Positions 25,276-33,843 of a stretch of 51,120 bases of DNA are shown piece after piece. Numbering within the stretch: position 1 is the stretch's first letter; each line of letters opens with the position of its first letter. The stretch is taken from contig DATDKA010000150.1 of the NCBI GenBank assembly GCA_036520235.1, forward strand, positions 1 through 51,120, given 5' to 3'. This DNA comes from Gaiellaceae bacterium. Lineage in GTDB: Bacteria; Actinomycetota; Thermoleophilia; Gaiellales; Gaiellaceae. The translations under genes and the position numbers were made by a program. The notes beneath the pieces are model-generated. The model was not told the DNA's origin and ran no database searches. It was given only the letters and a program-made list of their open reading frames with translations.

Positions 25276-26234
25276 GCACGTTTCCGGTCACCCGCCTCCG
25301 GCGCCTCAGGCGCACCGGCGCGCTGCGCTCACTCGTGCGCGAGACGCGGCTCTCGGTCGAGGACTTCGTGCTGCCGCTCTTCGTCGCGCCGGAGGCGCTG
25401 CCGAACGAGGCCCTCCCGGCGATGTCGCGCTTCACGGTCGAGCAGGCGGCCGCCGAGGCGGAGGAGGCGGCGGCCGTCGGGATCCAGGCGCTGATCCTCT
25501 TCGGCATCCCCGAGGAGAAGGACGACCGGGGGTCGGAGGCCTGGGACGAGGACGGGATCGTCCAGCAGGCGTTGCGGGCGATCCGAGACCGCGTCCCGCA
25601 GCTCGTGCTCGTCACCGACGTCTGTCTCTGCGAGTACACCTCGCACGGCCACTGCGGCGTCCTCGACGGCGAGCAGGTCGCGAACGACGAGACGCTCGAG
25701 CTGCTGGCCCGGACTGCCGTCAGCCACGTCGAGGCAGGGGCCGACGCCGTCGCGCCGAGCGACATGATGGACGGAAGGGTCGCCGCGCTGCGGGCGGCCC
25801 TCGACGACGCAGGGCACGACGAGACGCCGATCCTCTCCTACGCCGCCAAGTACGCCTCGGCCTTCTACGGGCCGTTCCGCGAGGCCGCCGGGTCAGCGCC
25901 GTCGTTCGGCGACCGGCGCGGCTACCAGATGGATCCCGCCAACGTCCGCGAGGCCCTGCGCGAGTGCGAGCTCGACGTTGCCGAGGGAGCGGACGCGTTG
26001 ATGGTGAAGCCCGCCCTCCCGAACCTCGACGTGATTCGCGCTGTCCGCGAGCGGTTCGACCTCCCGGTCGCCGCCTACAACGTCTCCGGCGAGTACGCGA
26101 TGATCAAGGCCGCCGGCGCCGCAGGCTGGATGGACGAGCCGACGGCGGCGCTCGAGTCGCTCACCGCGATCAAGCGCGCCGGCGCCGACGTGATCGTGAC
26201 CTACTGGGCGAAGGAGCTCGCCCGATCGCTCTGA
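25272..26234 (+). CDS. hemB: Porphobilinogen synthase (delta-aminolevulinate dehydratase), Zn-type
   Basis: GTGA overlap with perM. RLRRLR, Cys-rich [37 protein letters not shown]. Confidence 0.93.
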   Translation: MSTFPVTRLRRLRRTGALRSLVRETRLSVEDFVLPLFVAPEALPNEALPAMSRFTVEQAAAEAEEAAAVGIQALILFGIPEEKDDRGSEAWDEDGIVQQALRAIRDRVPQLVLVTDVCLCEYTSHGHCGVLDGEQVANDETLELLARTAVSHVEAGADAVAPSDMMDGRVAALRAALDDAGHDETPILSYAAKYASAFYGPFREAAGSAPSFGDRRGYQMDPANVREALRECELDVAEGADALMVKPALPNLDVIRAVRERFDLPVAAYNVSGEYAMIKAAGAAGWMDEPTAALESLTAIKRAGADVIVTYWAKELARSL

Positions 26235-27445
26235 GGCAGGCCAGCGACCTCTACCGTCGCGCCGAGGAGCTGATCCCCGGCGGGGTCAACTCGCCGGTGC
26301 GGGCGATGCGGGCGGTCGGGCTGGACGAGCCCTTCTTCGTCCGCCGCGCCGAGGGCGCGTACCTCGAGACCGAGGATGGCCGGCGCCTCATTGACTGGGT
26401 CTGCTCGTGGGGCGCGCTCATCTTCGGGCACGCGGACCCGGAGACGGTCGAGGCGGTGCGAGAGGCGGCCCTCGACGGCACGAGCTACGGGGCGCCGACC
26501 GAGCGCGAGGTACTCCTCGCCGAGGAGATCGTCGACGCCGTCCCGTCGGTCGAGCTGCTCCGGCTCGTGTCGTCGGGGACGGAAGCCGCGATGAGCGCGA
26601 TTCGGCTGGCCCGGGGCTTCACCCGCCGCGACCGCGTGCTCAAGTTCGCCGGGTCCTACCACGGGCACGTCGACGCCCTGCTCGCCGAGGCCGGCTCGGG
26701 GGCCGCGACGCTCGGGATCCCAGCCTCCGCCGGCGTTCCCGGCGACGTGACCGCCCACACGATCGTGACGCCGTACAACGACCTCGATGCGACCGCGGCG
26801 GCCGTCGCGCAGTATGGCGAGGGTCTGGCCTGCGTGATCGTGGAACCCGTGGCGGGAAACATGGGCGTCGTCCCGCCGGCGCCGGGCTTCCTCGAGGGGC
26901 TGCGCGCGCTGTGCGACGCGAGCGGCGCGCTGCTCGTCTTCGACGAGGTGATCACAGGGTTCCGCGTCGGCCGCGGCGGGGCGCAGGAGCGCTACGGCGT
27001 GCGGCCCGATCTGACGATCCTCGGGAAGATCGTCGGCGGGGGCCTTCCGTTGGCCGCGTTCGGCGGTCGCGCCGACGTGATGCAAGAGCTGGCGCCCCTG
27101 GGCCCCGTCTACCAGGCCGGAACGCTGTCGGGGAACCCGCTCGCAACCGCGGCCGGGCTCTCGGTCCTGCGCCGGCTCCGCGATCCGGCCGTCTACGACG
27201 AGCTCGAGCGGCGCGGAGCGAGGCTTGAGGCCGGGCTTGCCCCATACGGCCGGTTCGAGCGGGTCGGGGCGATGGCGACGCTCTTCGCCGCCGACACGGA
27301 GGCCTACGGGGCGCTCTTCCGGCACCTGCTCGACCAGGGCGTCTACCTGGCACCGTCCCAGTTCGAGGCCATGTTCCTGTCGCTCGCGCACGGCGACGAG
27401 GAGATCGACCGCACGATCGAGGCCGTTGCAGATCACGCGGGCTGA
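26231..27445 (+). CDS. hemL: Glutamate-1-semialdehyde 2,1-aminomutase; probable CTG start
   Basis: [26 protein letters not shown]...[11 protein letters not shown]...[12 protein letters not shown]. The only near-N-terminal start-like codons are CTGs. CTG 26231 overlaps the hemB stop (CTGA). The track's start at 25964 is inside hemB. Confidence 0.88.
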   Translation: MRQASDLYRRAEELIPGGVNSPVRAMRAVGLDEPFFVRRAEGAYLETEDGRRLIDWVCSWGALIFGHADPETVEAVREAALDGTSYGAPTEREVLLAEEIVDAVPSVELLRLVSSGTEAAMSAIRLARGFTRRDRVLKFAGSYHGHVDALLAEAGSGAATLGIPASAGVPGDVTAHTIVTPYNDLDATAAAVAQYGEGLACVIVEPVAGNMGVVPPAPGFLEGLRALCDASGALLVFDEVITGFRVGRGGAQERYGVRPDLTILGKIVGGGLPLAAFGGRADVMQELAPLGPVYQAGTLSGNPLATAAGLSVLRRLRDPAVYDELERRGARLEAGLAPYGRFERVGAMATLFAADTEAYGALFRHLLDQGVYLAPSQFEAMFLSLAHGDEEIDRTIEAVADHAG

Positions 27446-27917
27446 GCTCCACCAGGCGCTCAGGGAGCCCGAGGAGGGCGAGCTCGAGCCGGTCTTCTCC
27501 ACCCTCGCCGAGCTGCGCTTCGCCCTCGGGCTCGAGACGATCTACGAGGGCTACCTCGTCCACTACGGCGCACCGCGCCTCTACGAGCCGGGGGACGGGG
27601 ACGCGGCTCTTGTCGCCGGCGACTACCTCTACGCGCAGGGCCTCGCCCGGATCGCGGCGCTCGGCGAGGTGCAGGCCGTGTCGGATCTCGCGGAGCTGAT
27701 CTCGCTCTGCGCCCAGGCGCGCGCCGACGGCCGACCCGGCGACGGCGCCGCGTGGGCCGCGACGGCTGCGCTGCTCGGCCAGGGGCGCCTCGCCAAGGCC
27801 AGAGACACCTTCGCGGCGACGGGCGAGGCGGGCGCGCTCGACGTGCTGGCGCGCAAGGCCGCCGGCGACCGTGCGATCGACAGGGCCCTTGCCGCGCACG
27901 CACGGCTCACCCGCTAG
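27426..27917 (+). CDS. Hypothetical protein (163 aa) following hemL
   Basis: TTG 27426 overlaps the hemL end. High-GC3 frame. LETIYEGYLVHYGAPRLY...VAGDYLYAQGLARIAALG. No domain recognised. Confidence 0.5.
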   Translation: MQITRAELHQALREPEEGELEPVFSTLAELRFALGLETIYEGYLVHYGAPRLYEPGDGDAALVAGDYLYAQGLARIAALGEVQAVSDLAELISLCAQARADGRPGDGAAWAATAALLGQGRLAKARDTFAATGEAGALDVLARKAAGDRAIDRALAAHARLTR

Positions 27918-27918
27918 A

Positions 27919-27924
27919 TAGAGT
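27919..27924 (+). promoter_or_regulatory. -10-like hexamer TAGAGT, 8 nt upstream of ATG 27933 (leaderless candidate)
   Basis: GCTAGATAGAGT-CGCGGCGA-ATG. It shares GCTAGATAGAKT with the element at 14110-14121. Confidence 0.4.
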
Positions 27925-27932
27925 CGCGGCGA

Positions 27933-28130
27933 ATGGCGACGCTGTATGCAGCCATCCTCTTCGCCCAGGAGGCAGGCGAGCAGGTTCACATCGACGCCGC
28001 CAAGGAAGGCAAGAAAGTCGTGATCGGGATGTTGATCGTCGGGCTGGTCTTCATCGGTGTGATCGCTCTCGGCCAGCTCTCGAAGTGGGCCGGCCACCGA
28101 CGGCATGCCCGCCGGCCGCCGGCGTACTGA
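27933..28130 (+). CDS. Small single-pass membrane protein (65 aa)
   Basis: MATLYAAILFAQEAGEQVHIDAAKEGKKVVIGMLIVGLVFIGVIALGQL + basic tail. High GC3. Confidence 0.5.
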   Translation: MATLYAAILFAQEAGEQVHIDAAKEGKKVVIGMLIVGLVFIGVIALGQLSKWAGHRRHARRPPAY

Positions 28131-29526
28131 GCTCGTCTTCGCGTTTGCCCTCGCGGCGCTCGCCCTCGGCGTCGGGTTCGCCCGCGGCGGCGAGACGGCC
28201 GCCGGCGATCCCAAGCTCGCGCTCGTCGGGCGGTTCGACTCACCCGTCTACCTGACGGCGCCGGCGGGCGATCGCGCGCGGCTCTTCGTCGTCGAGCAAA
28301 GCGGCCGCATCGTGATCTCGCGCGGCGGCACGACGCTCCCGACCCCGTTCCTCGACATTCGCGGCTTGGTCTTGTCGGGCGGCGAGCGGGGCCTGCTGTC
28401 GCTCGCGTTCCCGCCGGACTACGCGACGAGTCGCCTCGTCTATGTCTACTACACCGCCCGGAACGGGGCGATCACGGTCGCCGAGTACCGAACCTCCGCC
28501 AACCCGGACGTGGCCGACCCGAACACGAGACGGTTGGTGCTCTCGATCGCGCACCCCAGGTCAAACCACAACGGCGGCCAGCTGCAGTTCGGCCCCGACG
28601 GCTTCCTCTACATCGGCATTGGCGACGGCGGAGGCGGTGGCGATCCGGACCGGAACGGCCAGAATCTGGGTGCGCTGCTCGGGAAGATCCTGCGCATCGA
28701 CCCTCGGGCCGCCGGAGGCGCCGCCTACACGGTGCCGCAGTCGAACCCGTTCGTCGGCCAGGCGGGCGTCCGCGGGGAGATCTGGGCGTACGGGCTGCGC
28801 AACCCGTGGCGGTTCTCGTTCGACCGGGAGACCGGCGACCTCACGATCGGTGACGTCGGACAGGGCGCGTGGGAGGAGATCGACTTCGTCCCGGCGAGCG
28901 CCGGGCGCGGGCGAGGCGCGAACTTCGGTTGGAGCTGCTTCGAGGGCCGCCATGCGTACGCGGACAACTCAGGCGAGGCGGCCTGCAATCCGATTCGCAG
29001 TCCGTACGTTCCGCCGGCCTGGGAGTACTCGCACTCCCGCGGCTGCTCGATCAGCGGCGGCTACGTCGTCAGGGATCCGACGACGATCCCCGCGCTGAAC
29101 GGCCGGTACGTCTACGGCGACTACTGCGACCGGCCGCTCTGGTCGGTGCTGCTCCGGACGCCCGACGCCCAGGGTGACCGGCGCGTCGGGCTCGGCGTCC
29201 CCTCGCTGACGTCGTTCGGCGAGGACGCCTGCGGGCGCGTCTACGTGGTGTCCGGCGACGGTCCCGTCTACCGACTCCAGGCCGAGGGCCGCGCGGCCCC
29301 GGGGGACTGCCCGGCGACGGCGAAGATCGTCTGCCGCGTGCCCAAGCTCGTTGGCCTGAAGCTGCGGACGGCGAAGGTGCGGCTCAGGCGGGCGCATTGC
29401 CGCGCCGGGCGTCTGAGGGCGAAACGGTCGACCGCGAAGCGCCGTGGCCGCGTGATCGCCCAGAGCCCGCGGGCGGGCGCGCGCCGGCCTGCAGGAAGCA
29501 GAGTGCGAATGACCGTCGGCCGGTGA
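28105..29526 (+). CDS. Secreted PQQ-dependent sugar (sorbosone/glucose) dehydrogenase beta-propeller with a C-terminal PASTA domain
   Basis: Signal or anchor LVFAFALAALALGVGFA. HNGGQLQFGPDGFLYIGIGDGGGGGDP, LGKILRIDP, EIWAYGLRNPWRFSFD. PASTA-like VPKLVGLKLRTAKVRL...GRVIAQSPRAGARRPAGSRVRMTV (nt 29320-29523). Confidence 0.85.
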   Translation: MPAGRRRTELVFAFALAALALGVGFARGGETAAGDPKLALVGRFDSPVYLTAPAGDRARLFVVEQSGRIVISRGGTTLPTPFLDIRGLVLSGGERGLLSLAFPPDYATSRLVYVYYTARNGAITVAEYRTSANPDVADPNTRRLVLSIAHPRSNHNGGQLQFGPDGFLYIGIGDGGGGGDPDRNGQNLGALLGKILRIDPRAAGGAAYTVPQSNPFVGQAGVRGEIWAYGLRNPWRFSFDRETGDLTIGDVGQGAWEEIDFVPASAGRGRGANFGWSCFEGRHAYADNSGEAACNPIRSPYVPPAWEYSHSRGCSISGGYVVRDPTTIPALNGRYVYGDYCDRPLWSVLLRTPDAQGDRRVGLGVPSLTSFGEDACGRVYVVSGDGPVYRLQAEGRAAPGDCPATAKIVCRVPKLVGLKLRTAKVRLRRAHCRAGRLRAKRSTAKRRGRVIAQSPRAGARRPAGSRVRMTVGR

Positions 29527-31976
29527 CCGAGCTCCCGGCCGGCAACCTCACTCTCCTCTTCTCCGACATCGAAGGCAGCACCCGCCTCGTCGCCGAGCTC
29601 GGCCCTGGCTACGCCGACGTGCTCGGCGAGCACCGGCGGCTGATCCGCGAAACGATTTCGGGCCACGGCGGGGTCGAAGTCGGCACTGAGGGCGACAGCT
29701 TCTTCGTCGTCTTCGGCAGCGCGGGTGACGCCGTCGCGGCCTCGGACGAGGCGCAGCGCGCCCTCGCGGTCACGCCGGTGAAGGTGCGGATGGGCCTGCA
29801 CACCGGTGAGCCCTCGCTGACGCCCGAGGGCTACGTCGGGATCGACGTCCACCGCGCGGCGCGGATCGCGGCGGCGGCGCACGGCGGCCAGGTGGTGCTC
29901 TCGGAGGCGACGCGCGCACTCTACGACGGCACGCTGGAGCTCCGCGACCTCGGCGAGCACCGGCTCAAGGACCTGACGGAACCGGTCCGCCTGTTCCAGC
30001 TCGGCCGTCACGAGTTTCCTCCACTCCGCAGCCTGAGCCAGGCTCGCCTGCCTGCTGAGCTCGAGCCCCTCATCGGACGCAAACGGGAGCTGGCCGACCT
30101 CGTCCGGCTACTCGCGCGCGAGGGCGTGCGGATCGTGACGATCACGGGGCCGGGCGGGATGGGCAAGACGCGGCTGGCGCTCGCCGCCGCAGCCGAGCTC
30201 GTCGAGTCGTTCGAACGCGGCGCGACGCTCGTGGAGCTCGCGGCGATCCGCGACCCCGAGCTGGTGCTGCCGGCCGTAGCGGAGGCGATCGGTGTCGAGG
30301 GAGACCTTGAGACGCAGCTCGGCGACGAGCAGCGGCTCCTCGTCCTCGACAACCTCGAGCAGGTGATCGACGCAGCACCGCGGCTCGCGGAGCTGCTGGC
30401 AGCCTGTCCCGGCCTCGCAGTGCTCGCGACAAGCCGCGAGCCGCTGCGCATCTCCGGCGAGCGCGAGTTCCCACTCCGGCCGCTGCCCGAGGCTCCGGCC
30501 GTAGAGCTCTTCCGCCGCCGCGCCGAGGCGGTGCTCCCGGACTTCGATGCCGGATACGACGAGCTGGCCCAGATCTGCCGCCGGCTCGACAGCCTCCCGC
30601 TCGCGATCGAGCTCGCGGCCGCGCGCGCGAAGCTCCTGAGCGCCGAGGAGCTGCTGTCGCGCCTCGACCGGCGGCTGCCGATCCTCACCGCCGGCCGGCG
30701 CGACCTGCCCGAGCGTCAGCAGACGCTCCGCGCGACGATCGAGTGGAGCTACGAGCTTCTGGAGCCCCAGGAGCAGGAGCTCTTCGCCCGGCTCGGCGTC
30801 TTCAGCGGCGGCTGGACGATCGACGCCGCCGAGGCGGTGTGCGGCGGCGACCTCGACACGCTCGGCTCGCTGCTCTACAAGAGCCTCGCCCGGCGCGAGG
30901 GAGAGCGGTTCGCGATGCTGGAGACGATCCGCGAGTACGCGGCCGACCGGCTGGAGGCCTCCGGCGACGCAGAGCAGATCCGGCGCCGGCACGCGGAGTA
31001 CGTCGCGGCGCTCGCGGAGGCGGTCGAGAGCGAGCATCACGGCGCTTCTCAGGCGCAGCTCCGCGAGCACTATCGCGCCGACTGGGACAACATCCGCGCT
31101 GCGCTCGGCTGGTGCCTCGAGAGCGGCGAGATCGAGCTCGGCCTGCGCATCGCCGGGTCGCTCACGATGATCTGGCTCCATCTCAACGTCGCCCAGGAGG
31201 GCGAGCGGTGGCTCACGGAGCTCCTCGCCCGGGCCGACGGAGTCGACCCGACGATCCGGGGCAAGGCGCTCCTCTCCGACGGCATGGTCGCGGGCGTCCA
31301 GAACAACCTCGTCCGGGCCGTCCAAAGCTCAGAGGAGGCGCTCCGCCTGTTCCGCTCGACGGGCAACGAGGAGGGGATCGCGTGGGCGCTCACCACGCTT
31401 GCCGTGCCGCACATCGACGGCGGCGACCCGGAGGGCGCGGCGCCGATTCTCGCCGAGGCCGACGAGATCCTCAGGCGGCTCGGGGAGAGCGGCGGCATCC
31501 GTCGGATCCTCCACCTGCGGGGCCAGCAGGCTGCGCTCACCGGCGACCTGGTGCGGGCCGCGGAGTTGCTGCTGGAGTCGGGTGAGCGGTCCGTGGCGGA
31601 GGGCGACGAGTTCAGCGCCGCCTCGTCGTTCCACTCGCTTGGTGACGTCCGCCTCGCCGCCGGGGACGTGGAGGGCGCGGCGGACGCGTACGAACGGGCG
31701 CTCGAGATCGCGGCGCGCACGGGCGCAGACCGGCTCACCTGCTACAGCCTGGCCGGCCTCGCGGCCGTCGCGGCCGACCAAGGAGACGCGGCCGGCGCAG
31801 CTCGGCTGTGGGGTACGACGGAGGCGCTCGAGGCGCGGCTGCAGTTCACCATGCGGTGGCGGACGCTCTACGAGGAGCGGCTCGACGGACTCGCGAAGAC
31901 GCAGCGAGAGGCGTACGAGTCCGGGCGGGCACTCGACGTCGAGGACGCCGTCGACATCGCGCTCGAGACGTCATGA
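29523..31976 (+). CDS. Class III adenylate/guanylate cyclase domain + P-loop STAND NTPase + TPR repeats
   Basis: GTGA overlap with the upstream gene. NLTLLFSDIEGSTRL, EGDSFFVVFG, VRMGLHTGE, DVHRAARI. Walker A ITGPGGMGKTRLA, Walker B LLVLDNLEQV. TPR-like C-terminal repeats. No HTH seen. Confidence 0.85.
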   Translation: MTELPAGNLTLLFSDIEGSTRLVAELGPGYADVLGEHRRLIRETISGHGGVEVGTEGDSFFVVFGSAGDAVAASDEAQRALAVTPVKVRMGLHTGEPSLTPEGYVGIDVHRAARIAAAAHGGQVVLSEATRALYDGTLELRDLGEHRLKDLTEPVRLFQLGRHEFPPLRSLSQARLPAELEPLIGRKRELADLVRLLAREGVRIVTITGPGGMGKTRLALAAAAELVESFERGATLVELAAIRDPELVLPAVAEAIGVEGDLETQLGDEQRLLVLDNLEQVIDAAPRLAELLAACPGLAVLATSREPLRISGEREFPLRPLPEAPAVELFRRRAEAVLPDFDAGYDELAQICRRLDSLPLAIELAAARAKLLSAEELLSRLDRRLPILTAGRRDLPERQQTLRATIEWSYELLEPQEQELFARLGVFSGGWTIDAAEAVCGGDLDTLGSLLYKSLARREGERFAMLETIREYAADRLEASGDAEQIRRRHAEYVAALAEAVESEHHGASQAQLREHYRADWDNIRAALGWCLESGEIELGLRIAGSLTMIWLHLNVAQEGERWLTELLARADGVDPTIRGKALLSDGMVAGVQNNLVRAVQSSEEALRLFRSTGNEEGIAWALTTLAVPHIDGGDPEGAAPILAEADEILRRLGESGGIRRILHLRGQQAALTGDLVRAAELLLESGERSVAEGDEFSAASSFHSLGDVRLAAGDVEGAADAYERALEIAARTGADRLTCYSLAGLAAVAADQGDAAGAARLWGTTEALEARLQFTMRWRTLYEERLDGLAKTQREAYESGRALDVEDAVDIALETS

Positions 31977-32071
31977 TGCGGGGGCCATTGCGGCAGTTGC
32001 CACGTCGTTGACAGAGGCCGTTTAGGGTCGGTTGAATCCAGTGACGGCAAGCCAAGGAGTCGGGCACTAGC

Positions 32072-33013
32072 GTGGAACCCCGCCACGGGGACAACGGACC
32101 TCACACTCCCGCGCCGAGCATCTGGCCGGTCGGCTTCGCCGTCGGCATCGCCTGCATCCTCGCCGGCCTCGTCGTCAGCCGGCCCGCGGTGATCATCGGA
32201 GTGGTGATCGCGATCATCTTCGGCGCGCTGTGGGCGCGGGACTCGATGCGCGGCGGGTCGACGGCGCCGCCCGAGGAGGCGCTCCCGCCGACGACTGCTC
32301 CCGCGACCGCCGACGCGCTGTCGGAGCACGAGGACGAGGAGCTCGCGACCTACCCGCGCAACAAGTTCCTCGAACTGACCACCCTCGGTCTTGGCGGGGT
32401 AATCACCGGGATCGTCGCGCTCCCGGTGGTCGGCTTCGCGATCCTTCCCGCCTTCACCGGCCAGGAGCAGGAGACGATCGATCTCGGCACGCTCGGCAAC
32501 TACCCGCAGGACGAGTGGCGTGAGGTGAAGTTCCGACTCGATCCCGCGCTCGGCTATGTCTCTCGCCGGACCGTTTTCGTCCGGTACAACGGCGAGGGCG
32601 ACGGCGGCCCCAGCTTCACGCTGATCTCGAACCGCTGCGTCCACCTCGGCTGCCCGGTACAGGCGAGCGGACCGCGCGAGGACAACCAGCGGAAGATCGT
32701 CCGGCAGGTCCGGGGTGCCCCGCTCGAGATGACGCCTGTCCTGCCCGCGAACTTCAGCTGCCCCTGTCACGGCGGCGCCTACGACACCGAGGGCAACCGC
32801 GTCGCCGGCCCGCCGGTGCGCGCCCTCGACCGCTACAAGTACTCGATCATCGACGGGCGCCTGCACCTGGTCGAGGTGTATAGCGTCGCCGAGGTCGAGG
32901 GTGAGGGGAAGAACGCCAAGATCAAGGCGTACGGCCACCAGGGGCCGGGCGAGCACGTCGACGGCATCGAAGGCTGGTTCTATCCGATCCAGCCGCAGGA
33001 TCTCGAGCAATGA
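32072..33013 (+). CDS. qcrA: Rieske iron-sulfur subunit of menaquinol:cytochrome c reductase
   Basis: GTG 32072 with AAGGAG 11 nt upstream. N-terminal TM helices. CVHLGCPV and CPCHGGAYD cluster-binding boxes. Confidence 0.9.
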   Translation: MEPRHGDNGPHTPAPSIWPVGFAVGIACILAGLVVSRPAVIIGVVIAIIFGALWARDSMRGGSTAPPEEALPPTTAPATADALSEHEDEELATYPRNKFLELTTLGLGGVITGIVALPVVGFAILPAFTGQEQETIDLGTLGNYPQDEWREVKFRLDPALGYVSRRTVFVRYNGEGDGGPSFTLISNRCVHLGCPVQASGPREDNQRKIVRQVRGAPLEMTPVLPANFSCPCHGGAYDTEGNRVAGPPVRALDRYKYSIIDGRLHLVEVYSVAEVEGEGKNAKIKAYGHQGPGEHVDGIEGWFYPIQPQDLEQ

Positions 33014-33843
33014 TCGAGACCCGGCCGCCCCAGACGCGTCCCCCGGTGCCCCCGCCGAGCCGCCGGAAGACGAAGCTCACCGACAAGATCATCCAGGTCG
33101 TGATGATCCCGCTCGACTGGCTCGAGGAGCGGTCGGGCCTCGTCGGCGGCACCAAGTACTTCCTCTTCAGGAAGGTCCCGCGCGACACCAACTGGTTCCA
33201 CACGCTCGGCTCCGCGACGCTGACGGCGTTCCTGGTGCAGGCAGGCACTGGCGTGATCCTCGCGTTCTACTACCGGCCGGCGCCCGGCGAGGCCTACGAG
33301 TCGATCAGGCACATCACCGACGACGTGACCCTGGGTTGGCTCGTTCGCGGCATGCACAAATGGGGCGCAAGCGTCTTCATCATCCTGCTCTTCCTGCACA
33401 TGGCGCGCGTCTTCGTGTTCGGCGCCTACAAGTATCCGCGCGAGCTGAACTGGGTCGTCGGCTTCCTGCTCCTCGTCCTGGGGATGCTCCAGGGCTTTAC
33501 GGGCTACCTGCTGCCGTGGGACCAGACGGCGTACTGGGCGACGGTCGTCGGCATCAACTTGAACGGCACGGGGCCGATCATGGGACCGTTCCTCGCCCAG
33601 TTCTTACGTGGTGGCGACGAGATCACCGGAACCACGATCACCATCTTCTACGCCATGCACATGCTGCTCCTGCCCGGGGCGATCGCCGGTCTGATCCTGC
33701 TGCACCTATACCTCGTCGTGCGCCTGGGTGTCTCCTCGCCGCCGTGGTCGCATGAGGCCGCAGGCCGGCCGCGCGAGCCGCTGCCGCCGCGCGGGGAGCC
33801 AGGGCTGGTCAGGCCGCGGGCGCGCGGAAGGTTCGCCCGATGA
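33010..33843 (+). CDS. qcrB: Cytochrome b6-like (N-terminal half) subunit
   Basis: ATGA overlap. FHTLGSATLTAFLVQAGTGVILAFYY, HKWGASVFIILLFLHMARVF, LPWDQTAYWAT. Confidence 0.9.
   Translation: MIETRPPQTRPPVPPPSRRKTKLTDKIIQVVMIPLDWLEERSGLVGGTKYFLFRKVPRDTNWFHTLGSATLTAFLVQAGTGVILAFYYRPAPGEAYESIRHITDDVTLGWLVRGMHKWGASVFIILLFLHMARVFVFGAYKYPRELNWVVGFLLLVLGMLQGFTGYLLPWDQTAYWATVVGINLNGTGPIMGPFLAQFLRGGDEITGTTITIFYAMHMLLLPGAIAGLILLHLYLVVRLGVSSPPWSHEAAGRPREPLPPRGEPGLVRPRARGRFAR

Noticed and set aside
27426-27917. Assigning the post-hemL 163-aa protein to the polyprenyl-synthase family because of the GDYLYAQGL segment
   Set aside because: There are no DDxxD motifs and the resemblance is a single short helix. 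It is left as hypothetical.
32008-32028. TTGACA followed by TAGGGT upstream of qcrA as a promoter
   Set aside because: The spacer is only 9 nt. The alternative TTGCCA (31997-32002) gives a 20-nt spacer. Neither geometry is convincing, so no promoter is called.
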